From a virus (lineage: Duplodnaviria > Caudoviricetes), in the IMG/VR virus record IMGVR_UViG_3300005043_000148, positions 1 to 34,654 of that record: a DNA stretch of 34,654 nucleotides. One strand, 5' to 3'. Positions 1 through 7,700 of this stretch are shown piece after piece. A program made the translations under genes and the position numbers. Position 1 is the first letter of the stretch. Every line of letters begins with the position of its first letter. Under the pieces are notes generated by a model, which was given only the letters and a program-made list of their open reading frames with translations, was not told the DNA's origin and did not search any database.

Positions 1-356
1 ATGATGATAGGAACTACCCCGGAGCTTTCCTTGAAAACATACCATATTAAGATGGCAGATAGTCCTATAACTAAGGAAAACTTTTCCAGCATATCTGGTC
101 TTGTGCTTTCTCCTTTAAACAGTGTTAGTATAAAAACGACCGTTGGGTTTACCATGAAAATAATGGTTAGCATCTTTGTGACTTCATCTGCTGTTTCTGG
201 TGTAATTAACCAAAATGCAAAACCAATAATGCTCCAAATAAACCAAGAAATTCGATTTGGTTTTACTGTACCGCGAAAAATACTTATAATATAAGGAAGT
301 ATGGATATAACGAGAATAAACTGCGCTAGAGCGCCTAATAAATATGTTTCTATAAT
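1..356 (-). CDS. Host multi-pass membrane protein, 3'-truncated by the window edge, apparent non-ATG start
   Basis: Open minus frame IIETYLLGALAQFILVISILPYIISIFRGTVKPNRISWFIWSIIGFAFW... with several TM helices. AAGGA RBS just upstream and TATAAT at 394-389. No in-frame ATG/GTG/TTG near the start. Not in the ORF track. Confidence 0.7.
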   Translation of the reverse strand, partial: MIETYLLGALAQFILVISILPYIISIFRGTVKPNRISWFIWSIIGFAFWLITPETADEVTKMLTIIFMVNPTVVFILTLFKGESTRPDMLEKFSLVIGLSAILIWYVFKESSGVVPII

Positions 357-448
357 TATTTTCCTTAAGTTCTTAAAATCTTTTAAACATTATACTATAT
401 GTAAGTAAGCATAAATCAGTATATAATGATGTAACTAGATGGAGCCCT

Positions 449-991
449 ATGTATATAGAAATGAAACAAAAAGATATTAAAGTCTTAAAAGAGAAGCTTT
501 GGCTTATGAATGATAAAAAGTGTCCTGTCCTAGGCAAGCCAATGCCACTTGATAAAATGGTACTTGATCATGCTCATAAAAGAAATGCTGAAGCGTACTC
601 ACCTACTAAGGGTGTTGTGAGAGAAGCATTAGACAAGAGAGCTAACGCGATTTTAGGTAAGCTTGAAAATGCACTTAAGAGAACCGGTCTAGGGTATGAA
701 AAAGATTTTGATTTACCGGCTTTTTTAAGAAATGCAGCTGATTATTTTGAGAAAGGTGCTTATGTTGATGAGAAGGGATCTATGTACATTCATCCTAGTG
801 AAGTACCAAAAGAGCCTAAGGTCAGTAAGAGTAACTATAATAAACTTTGCAAGATATATGATAAAGAGCCTTTTATACCTAAACGAAAAGGACAAATAAA
901 AAAAACTATGCCCAAGTATCCTTCTAGTAAAAAGTTAACAAAGGGTCTTAAGGAGTTATTTGAAAAATATGAGATATCTCCTTATAATTAA
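449..991 (+). CDS. T4 endonuclease VII (gp49)-like His-Me finger nuclease
   Basis: KCPVL..LDHAH..GVVREALDKRANAILG..YIHP parallels T4 gp49 KCLIC..LDHDH..GKVRGLLCNLCNAAEG..IHP. TATAAT at 422-427 and GGAG RBS. Confidence 0.75.
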   Translation: MYIEMKQKDIKVLKEKLWLMNDKKCPVLGKPMPLDKMVLDHAHKRNAEAYSPTKGVVREALDKRANAILGKLENALKRTGLGYEKDFDLPAFLRNAADYFEKGAYVDEKGSMYIHPSEVPKEPKVSKSNYNKLCKIYDKEPFIPKRKGQIKKTMPKYPSSKKLTKGLKELFEKYEISPYN

Positions 992-1050
992 ATATGGCTA
1001 TACAGGCTAGAGATTAGTTAGTTTTTAGACAAAGTATCTTATAATCACGT

Positions 1051-1418
1051 TATGGTAGAACAACGGCAGCTTTTATTCACTTGAGTAAAAGAGGAAAGTC
1101 CGGGCTGCAGTGAGACAGGGTTCCATCTAACTGATGGCCGTGGTAACATGAGGGAAAGTGCAACAGAAAATGTACCGCCTAGTTCAAGACGTAAAAGTTT
1201 TTTAAATCTTTTACATCTTGAACTAGGTAAGGGTGAAAAGGTGGGGTAAGAGCCCACCAGTCCTTTCAGTAATGCTAGGAGCTTGAAAACCCAACCCGCA
1301 GCAAGAAGCAAATGGTTACAGTCTCACAATGTAATGCTTCGCTAGAGGTTTATAGTAATATAAACAGTAGATGAATTGTCGTTTAAAAACAGAACTCGGC
1401 TTAGTGTTCTGCCATACT
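1051..1418 (+). ncRNA. rnpB: RNase P RNA (bacterial type A)
   Basis: Conserved GAGGAAAGTCCGGGC, GGAAAGTGCAACAGAAA and ACAGAACTCGGCTTA. P1 pairs TATGGTAGAAC (1051-1061) with GTTCTGCCATA (1406-1416). TATAAT at 1040-1045. Confidence 0.97.
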
Positions 1419-1449
1419 CATTAAGAGCCTTGTTTTAGGGGCTTATTAA

Positions 1450-2547
1450 CTATCCTATTTTCGATTGTGACCGTGATGTGTCAGCAAATAGAGAAAAATT
1501 AGTTCCTAAATCAATGTTCTTAGTATTAATAATACTCGCATAATGTTCTAGAGTTACCTTCGGTGATGAATGTCCTAGCAGGCCCGCTAGTTCATTTAGA
1601 CTTACAATATTTTCCTTGAGCATTAGTGTTGCAAACGTATGACGGGTACAATACATTTTTCTTTTTGGAACTCTACTGTTTTTTAATATATTCAACCAAA
1701 AGACTCTAAGGCCTTGTGCATCATCTATCTCACCAAAGATAAATAACTGTTTTGGATCTTGAAACTTTTTAACTGCATCCAGTAAAAAAGGAGGATAAGG
1801 AACTTTTCTTATTGAGTTTTGTGTCTTTCCTGTTCCTAACATTCCTTTTGTCCTGGTACGTTTAATATGGATGAATCCATCGTCTTTAAAATCACCCATC
1901 TGTAGCCCCAAAATTTCACCTGTTCTCATTCCTGTGTTAAACGCAATCTTCAAGTAAGGGATCATCGGGCCTTTTGCAACTTCCATTATCTTTGCAACTT
2001 CTTCTCGTGTAAAGTATTCAACTTCTTTTCTTGGTTCAGGTTTCAACTTGATACCAAGAGCCGGGTTAAAGCTAATTACCCCATCATCCACTGCAAACTC
2101 AAATATCTCTTTCATGCAGCTCTTATAGGTACTTTTAGAACGAGAAAGCATTTTTAATGTGTTCAGGTATTGTTTACAGTCTAAACGGGTTATAGAGTCT
2201 ATGTCTTGACCTCTAAAATGTTCAATGACTCTCTTCCAGTACTCGACTTTAAGACCATAGGTTTTATTATGATCTTTGTGTTCTAAAAATATACGACCGT
2301 AATACTCGAAAGTCTTAGGTTTCTTTTTGTATATTTCACCGGTGGCTATTTTACTGTCTAGGGCAGGTACCATCTGTTGTGTAACTAGCTTGATGTTTTG
2401 CGGTGTGTTCTTGAGCTTAGTGCTCTTTCTTTTTCGCTTTCCATCAACATAGTAGTTGAGCCAGATGACATCGCCTCTTATAAAATGACTTGTCATGCCT
2501 TTTTTGTTACTCCTTTTTGAAGTAACAGTATCGCTATGCTTTGACAT
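1450..2547 (-). CDS. int: Tyrosine recombinase phage integrase
   Basis: N-terminal arm-binding WLNYYVDGKRKRKST; TGMRTGEILGL (R); YCTRHTFAT (Y-x-x-R in place of H-x-x-R); LLGHSSPKVTLEHYA (H, catalytic Y). Confidence 0.95.
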   Translation of the reverse strand: MSKHSDTVTSKRSNKKGMTSHFIRGDVIWLNYYVDGKRKRKSTKLKNTPQNIKLVTQQMVPALDSKIATGEIYKKKPKTFEYYGRIFLEHKDHNKTYGLKVEYWKRVIEHFRGQDIDSITRLDCKQYLNTLKMLSRSKSTYKSCMKEIFEFAVDDGVISFNPALGIKLKPEPRKEVEYFTREEVAKIMEVAKGPMIPYLKIAFNTGMRTGEILGLQMGDFKDDGFIHIKRTRTKGMLGTGKTQNSIRKVPYPPFLLDAVKKFQDPKQLFIFGEIDDAQGLRVFWLNILKNSRVPKRKMYCTRHTFATLMLKENIVSLNELAGLLGHSSPKVTLEHYASIINTKNIDLGTNFSLFADTSRSQSKIG

Positions 2548-2598
2548 AATAGCACCTTTGTTATGGGATAAATTTGGGGAATAGTCTGAAGAGGGGAA

Positions 2599-2817
2599 TT
2601 AAGAGATTAAAAAATCATCTAAATTGAAGGTGTTTGTAGGATCAGAAGAATGTTCTTTAAACATCTTAGAATTAAATTCTTCGGTATCTATAAAGATTCT
2701 ACTCATCCCTTGTAAGTAGTGTTTTGTGAGAACTCCAGCTTTGATGAGTTTGGTGATTGATGTTTCGTGAATACCAACATCTTCAGCTAGTTTTTGAATA
2801 GTGCAAAACTTACTCAT
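2599..2817 (-). CDS. xis: Excisionase-like HTH protein
   Basis: 72 aa winged-HTH pattern (TIQKLAEDVGIHETSITKLIKAGVL) directly upstream of int; AAGGAG RBS. Confidence 0.7.
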   Translation of the reverse strand: MSKFCTIQKLAEDVGIHETSITKLIKAGVLTKHYLQGMSRIFIDTEEFNSKMFKEHSSDPTNTFNLDDFLIS

Positions 2818-2880
2818 GGAGTCTCCTTTTGTTTAATAATTAATGTTTGATATAATGATAAAAATTTTATTCAGGATAAT

Positions 2881-3604
2881 ATGATGGAAAATGACAACCA
2901 TGCTTCAAGGCTTCATTCGATTTTAGAAAGTGGAATGTCAATTCCTAGAGGTTCAAACTGTAGAGATGCCTGGAGAAAATTATTAAATACAAAAGAAGAA
3001 GCATTGCTCATGTCCCGTTTAGGTAAGGTCATGGAATTGACAAGTCTAATTATTAAAGATGTTGAAAACAATCCTTCTGCATTAAAGAGTTCTAAGCATT
3101 GGAGTGCTCAAGTTACAAAAGCTTTTATGACTCAAAATTTAAATGATCAATGGTCAGGCTTTATTGCACATATAGATAGCCACTCTTTAAACTATCTTCA
3201 TATGACAGCAGATTTTATTCAGTCTAACTCTCATAAAGAAATTATTTCTGATTCAAAACTACAAGAAATAAGAGAACAAGTTGATGCTTTATATAAGGAA
3301 GTCCTTTCAAGTGAATTAGACGAAGGCATAAAAGAGTATCTTTATAGAACATTACAAAAACTATTAGTCTCAATAGATGAGTACTTTATAACAGGAGTAA
3401 ATCCCATTATAGATAGTGTAGATCAAGTAATAGGGCATATTGTTACCGATGAACCATTTAGAGTAGAATTAAAAAAAAGATGCAGTTGTGGGAAAAAGTA
3501 TTATTGATACTTTAGGAAATATTACTTTGGTAATCTCAATTGTAAAGGGTGGTCAAGAAGTGATTGAAGGATTTAGTAAATTAATAAAGTTGATATCTAA
3601 TTAG
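2881..3604 (+). CDS. Moron gene, helical protein, interrupted by a frameshift at an A8 tract (annotated ORF 2881-3507)
   Basis: Own TATAAT (2851-2856), opposite strand to its neighbours. The +1 frame after A8 (3471-3478) continues DAVVGKSIIDTLGNITLVISIVKGGQEVIEGFSKLIKLISN to TAG at 3602-3604. Confidence 0.65.
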
Positions 3605-3741
3605 AGTATAAGGAATATTTCTGTCTATTGCTATCCACGTTAATATGTGGTAGTAAGAAGCCACTTTGCTAGTTTTGTCCTTTACAATTGAAAAATATTT
3701 AGTTAAAATTGATGTCTGCAAAGATGGAAACATCTATGTGA

Positions 3742-3815
3742 CGGCGAGTAGCTCAGCTGGATAGAGTACGAATTTCATAAATTCGAGGTCGAGGGTTCGA
3801 GTCCCTCCTTGTAAT
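3742..3815 (+). tRNA. tRNA-Met/Ile2(CAT)-like gene with degenerate acceptor stem (possible pseudo-tRNA)
   Basis: D arm TAGCTCAGCTGGATAGAGT, anticodon arm CGAAT-TTCATAA-ATTCG, T arm GAGGG-TTCGAGT-CCCTC. Acceptor has only 5 of 7 pairs (2 G-U) and no CCA. Promoter TTTACA-N17-TAAAAT at 3681-3709. Confidence 0.75.
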
Positions 3816-3844
3816 ATCTGCACAATTTATTAAGATTATATTTT

Positions 3845-3967
3845 TCAATCACACCTCCTTGATTTTTCTTGTATCATTTCTTTTAACTCTTTATCTGTGT
3901 ACTCTTTTCCATCTATTAAAACCTTATCGGCTTGACCAACGGCTTTTCCTTTTAAAAATGCTGTCAT
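3845..3967 (-). CDS. Small phage early protein (40 aa)
   Basis: MTAFLKGKAVGQADKVLIDGKEY...; ATGA overlap with the upstream ORF; below the ORF-track cutoff. Confidence 0.6.
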   Translation of the reverse strand: MTAFLKGKAVGQADKVLIDGKEYTDKELKEMIQEKSRRCD

Positions 3968-4158
3968 ATCTTTTCTACCTCAAGACTTAGCCGCACATAA
4001 TCAAAAGGATCATCTTCTGTGTATTCATGCCCTTCAACAATAACCTGCGCCCAAGTGTCATCTTTTCCAAGAAGTGTGCAGCGGTTTGTGTAAGCACCTT
4101 CTTCAAAGATGAACTTGTCACCTGTTTTTAATGAGGATAATTTTACTAAGATAGACAT
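3964..4158 (-). CDS. Hypothetical phage early protein
   Basis: In leftward operon, AAGGA RBS. Confidence 0.7.
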   Translation of the reverse strand: MSILVKLSSLKTGDKFIFEEGAYTNRCTLLGKDDTWAQVIVEGHEYTEDDPFDYVRLSLEVEKI

Positions 4159-4547
4159 TTAGATCCTTTTGTTGGTTTTAAACTATTGAACACTTCTCTT
4201 GCGTTGAAAAGGTTATTTTCTGAGTAGGTTTTAATAGCGTCTGCTTTAGCCAGTGCTATTAATTCTATGAGCTGTGACTTTGTAATGTTTATGATCTGGT
4301 CATCATCTATCTCATTAAACTCTTTTTGGAGTTTTGTTTCATGGGACATGGGTAACTCCTTTTTATTAGGGAAAAGTTTTATTTTAGTCCAGTAGTTTTG
4401 AAGCTTTTGATTGTAGTAGGCGAGGGTGTTTGTCTTTGACATTCTTTTAGGAAGACCCTTATCAATCGATGTACAATTATTAAAATATTTAGTACTTTTA
4501 TAAAAACGATCTTTGTTCGAAAGCCATTGCTCACCGTGGGTTCTCAT
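4146..4547 (-). CDS. Hypothetical phage early protein (possible internal start MSHETK at 4349)
   Basis: In leftward operon; strong AAGGAG RBS precedes the internal ATG. Confidence 0.6.
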   Translation of the reverse strand: MRTHGEQWLSNKDRFYKSTKYFNNCTSIDKGLPKRMSKTNTLAYYNQKLQNYWTKIKLFPNKKELPMSHETKLQKEFNEIDDDQIINITKSQLIELIALAKADAIKTYSENNLFNAREVFNSLKPTKGSKCLS

Positions 4548-4550
4548 AAA

Positions 4551-4712
4551 TCATTTCTTTGGACGGTAAAAATCATCAATGACATAATCATCACGATGAA
4601 CATAATCATTTTTTTTACGTTTGTTATATCTGAGCATTACAAAGATTGATAAAGATATGACAATTACTAAGATGGCTAGGTAAGTTAAAAGGACTAAGGT
4701 TAGGTCTTGCAT
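4551..4712 (-). CDS. Small single-TM membrane protein (53 aa)
   Basis: MQDLTLVLLTYLAILVIVISLSIFVMLRYNKRKK...; AAGGA RBS; not in the ORF track. Confidence 0.65.
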   Translation of the reverse strand: MQDLTLVLLTYLAILVIVISLSIFVMLRYNKRKKNDYVHRDDYVIDDFYRPKK

Positions 4713-4829
4713 TTATTTCCTTTTAGAGTGTTGTGTATTTCACTGAGTCGACTCATGGCTTCTAGGAGTGTGATACCAGGGCTAATCTAATCATGTGTTT
4801 TAGGAGTTTGAATTGTAGGTTTGGGTTGT

Positions 4830-5051
4830 TCATGCTGAGACTACCAACATCGTTGATAAATGCTCTATGACTTCACGTTGATTATCTTCTTCATATAGAC
4901 AATATGTATAGTCGTATTTTTTTTCGTTCGCCCAACCATCTCGGTAAATAGTTATATCTAAGCTTTTAGTATGTCCTGCAAAATTGCACATAACATCGTG
5001 AGGTGTGTTTGTATTAACTAATATGCATAAGGCCATTATTTCGGTAAACAT
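4830..5051 (-). CDS. Hypothetical phage early protein
   Basis: AAGGA RBS, leftward operon. Confidence 0.7.
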   Translation of the reverse strand: MFTEIMALCILVNTNTPHDVMCNFAGHTKSLDITIYRDGWANEKKYDYTYCLYEEDNQREVIEHLSTMLVVSA

Positions 5052-5063
5052 GATGAGTCCTTC

Positions 5064-5135
5064 TTATAGAATTTTGTTGGCTAGGTTTTCTAGCAGGTCT
5101 TCGAATTTGGCCCATTTTGTTTTGATGTATCTCAA
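5064..5135 (-). CDS. Putative 23-aa peptide MRYIKTKWAKFEDLLENLANKIL
   Basis: TTGA start/stop overlap with the upstream gene; fills the intergenic gap. Confidence 0.4.
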   Translation of the reverse strand: MRYIKTKWAKFEDLLENLANKIL

Positions 5136-5689
5136 GAAAGTTCTTCAAAAGAATCTGTTATTGGCATCATGACAATAATTATGTTTTCATGTTCAATTAA
5201 GACCGGTGTACTTGTAGAAGTTATTCCAATGGTTCCATGACTTATATTTGGTACTCTTTTAGGCTCAATATGTACTTTATTAAAAGCCAAAATTCCTTCT
5301 ATCTGAGTTTGTTCTACAAATTCAATCTTGTTGATGACTTCTTTTGGAATAATTCGTTGAAAGTCTGGATAGTTAAAGGTTCTCTCTCCTAATAGACTTT
5401 CAATTGAGATGGTAATAATCTCTCTCTCGTATTCATCTAAACAAACTATTTTGTTTGGTTGTAAATCAAAGTATAAGGATTTTTTGTACTTGATGCTTAA
5501 GTCAACAATGCTTTTATGGATATAAAAATCCTTATCAGCGTGACCATGGTGTTTGATGACAGCAAGTGCTCTTGTATCAGTTGAGACAAGATGCTCTTTA
5601 TCAATATATAAATAATTTAATTCAAATTTAGGATTATTGGTATCAATGTATTTTGCTACAACTTGTAATTCTTTTTTACTTACGATCAT
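5132..5689 (-). CDS. Truncated DNA polymerase III beta-clamp-like protein
   Basis: LNYLYID..LVSTDTRALAVI and FNYPDFQRIIPK match the DnaN motifs (LNGV..VATDGHRL, G.FPDY.RVIP). About half of DnaN length. Confidence 0.7.
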   Translation of the reverse strand: MIVSKKELQVVAKYIDTNNPKFELNYLYIDKEHLVSTDTRALAVIKHHGHADKDFYIHKSIVDLSIKYKKSLYFDLQPNKIVCLDEYEREIITISIESLLGERTFNYPDFQRIIPKEVINKIEFVEQTQIEGILAFNKVHIEPKRVPNISHGTIGITSTSTPVLIEHENIIIVMMPITDSFEELS

Positions 5690-5860
5690 GTATGGTCCTT
5701 TGTTGGTTAAGTGTTTAATCAGAGTAAATATTTACTCTCAGGTAAAAACTATATAGTTGGTTGCCCTTGCCTTGGGAGAAAGGACAAGGGCATAAGTAAA
5801 TCTAAGGAGTAAAATGTTTTCTAAAGAAACATCGCTATGCGAACGACATGTCTTGTTTTA

Positions 5861-5941
5861 TGCACGAAACTGTGGGATTCGAACCCACGACCTTTGCACT
5901 TTGGGGAAATGAAAATGCTCTAACCGCTGAGCTAAGTTTCT
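5861..5941 (-). ncRNA. tRNA-like RNA with an enlarged 22-nt anticodon arm displaying CCCC
   Basis: Acceptor AGAAACT/AGTTTCG (6 bp), D arm GCTCAGCGGTTAGAGC, variable loop AGGTC, T arm GTGGG-TTCGAAT-CCCAC; 3' end T-GCA. Confidence 0.7.
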
Positions 5942-6027
5942 GTATTTACGGGGGAGGCCTTGTGTTATAATTCTGTTGCGTACAAAAAAGACAAAAGGAC
6001 TCCATAATAAATATTGGAGATGGAAGT

Positions 6028-6681
6028 ATGAGAATTAGAGATCAAAAAATAAAAGACGAAAAACAATGGATAGAAGGTTATGAACATAATCTTAGGTTAG
6101 CTTATGACTTAATGAAAGACGAATTAAAAACCTTACATTCGGATAAAGTTAATCAAGGAAATACTATTAAGCTTGTACTGTGGCTGAATATTATTTTTGT
6201 GGGTATTTCAATAAAAGTTTCTGAAGAGGGAAGTGATATATATCTTCTTGGAATATTTTCTTTGATTGCTTTCTTTAGTATTTTTGTTGCCTTTGTAGGC
6301 TTAATGATGGGTAGGTATAGTGCTTATGCCTCTATGCGAAGAGCATCTTCATTTTATAAGCTCAACAATGACAAGTGGATAAAGACACAAGGCCTTGAAA
6401 CTGCTACTCAAACTGTTCAAAAGGCTATTAGATACAACGGTCTAATTATTATTAAGCGTGCTAAGTTGATAAGAATTTCAATGTATATCACTCTTAGTTC
6501 TCTATTCATGCTTTTGATTTTAAGTGCGCACACAGTTTATATAAAACAAGGAAATGAAATGGCAGATAAACCAAGCAAACCAGCGGTTACAGTTGTGCAG
6601 AACCCAAGTATTAAAAGAGCTAACGATAGTGCTCCAAAAACACCAAAAGCTACACCCGAATCAAACTCTTCAAAGAAGTAA
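6028..6681 (+). CDS. Moron membrane protein (about 3 TM) with a disordered Pro/Lys-rich tail
   Basis: Extended -10 TGTTATAAT at 5963-5971; hydrophobic segments; opposite strand to its neighbours. Confidence 0.75.
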   Translation: MRIRDQKIKDEKQWIEGYEHNLRLAYDLMKDELKTLHSDKVNQGNTIKLVLWLNIIFVGISIKVSEEGSDIYLLGIFSLIAFFSIFVAFVGLMMGRYSAYASMRRASSFYKLNNDKWIKTQGLETATQTVQKAIRYNGLIIIKRAKLIRISMYITLSSLFMLLILSAHTVYIKQGNEMADKPSKPAVTVVQNPSIKRANDSAPKTPKATPESNSSKK

Positions 6682-6696
6682 GCCTCTTGGCTTACT
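6677..6696. terminator. Hairpin between convergent genes
   Basis: AGTAAGCC-TCTT-GGCTTACT. Confidence 0.5.
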
Positions 6697-6746
6697 CATC
6701 AAACAACCATACAGTCATTACGACTAAAAACCAAAAGAACCACCAA

Positions 6747-7142
6747 TCATCCATCTGGAGATTCTTTTTTTAAGATCCATTCAGCAGCTTTGAAAACACC
6801 TTCTAAATAATTATCTACAAGTCTAAATTTTATCAAACTGAAAATATTTTTTTCTGCAATCATAACAACACTGACTGAAAAGAAAAACTGTCCATCAGGT
6901 TTTTTACCAGAGTAGATAGAATATCCTTTATTGAATGCCCACTCTTTACACTTATTAGCTATTTCATAAGCATTTGCTCCGTCTTGGGTATAGCCAATGT
7001 GTTCTCCCTCCTCATTAAGTAACTTATAACTGATACAAATTACATTCTCGCTATAAGGTACGCCCTTAAGTTCTTTTATCTCTAAAAACTTTTTGCATTT
7101 AGACTGTGGGTACAGTTTAAATGCAAGTTCTTTGCTCATCAT
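6747..7142 (-). CDS. Hypothetical phage early protein
   Basis: ORF 6747-7184; the likely start is ATGATG at 7142 after an AAGGG RBS. Confidence 0.7.
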   Translation of the reverse strand: MMSKELAFKLYPQSKCKKFLEIKELKGVPYSENVICISYKLLNEEGEHIGYTQDGANAYEIANKCKEWAFNKGYSIYSGKKPDGQFFFSVSVVMIAEKNIFSLIKFRLVDNYLEGVFKAAEWILKKESPDG

Positions 7143-7388
7143 CTGATTCCCTTTTATGCTCTTAATACCGTGAAAACACGACACTATAAAACATTCAACT
7201 GTAAATTTATTCCAGCGTCCGTTGACGACACTTCATGCTTTGGCTCGATTGCTGCATGGAATTTTTAAAAACGATCCTCTTTTACCTGCCGAGGCTACCG
7301 CTGAAAATTTAAGGTACTTGTCGAAACTATCTCCAATGAGATTGAATCGAGCGTTGAGCTAGGCTCAATAGAAGTCTTTTTAAGAACT

Positions 7389-7664
7389 CTATGAAACTAG
7401 GTGTATGTTGTTTTGCTTGCAGTACTTTTTGAACCCGGGACAATTCTTTTCTAGATAAGTGAAGATTTTTTTGTCTAGGTTTGTACTTTGACCTTTTGGA
7501 TGCTTTTTGCTTACTCTTGTAAACTTGTTGTTTATGCGATTTGTCAATGAACCGATTGTTGTTTCAAGCAATTCGGCTGTGTTTTCTAAACTGTTTTGAT
7601 TCATAAGTAAAGAATTTTGTATGTTTTTGTAAAACGAAATCTCTTGATTAAATACCATGTACAC
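7389..7664 (-). CDS. Cro/Apl-like HTH regulator
   Basis: LENTAELLETTIGSLTNRIN HTH; first gene after the operator-overlapped leftward promoter; divergent from the repressor. Confidence 0.6.
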   Translation of the reverse strand: MYMVFNQEISFYKNIQNSLLMNQNSLENTAELLETTIGSLTNRINNKFTRVSKKHPKGQSTNLDKKIFTYLEKNCPGFKKYCKQNNIHLVS

Positions 7665-7691
7665 GAAACCTTATGTATAAAAAGTTTATTT

Positions 7692-7700
7692 TGTTATAAT
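7692..7700 (+). promoter_or_regulatory. Extended -10 promoter candidate for the repressor operon
   Basis: TGTTATAAT; a second TATAAT lies at 7758-7763. Confidence 0.5.

Noticed and set aside
1-294. + strand 97-aa ORF
   Set aside because: Shadow of the minus-strand membrane protein, which has a promoter and RBS.
1177-1228. Long inverted repeat as a MITE or terminator
   Set aside because: Falls in the position of the variable P12 helix of RNase P RNA.
1045-1311. - strand 88-aa ORF
   Set aside because: Antisense to rnpB.
4713-4829. Possible structured RNA with two ACTCCTA copies
   Set aside because: Pairings are too short to support a call.
2530-5840. ATCGCTATGC repeated at 2530 and 5831
   Set aside because: A single 10-mer match is plausible by chance and has no supporting context.
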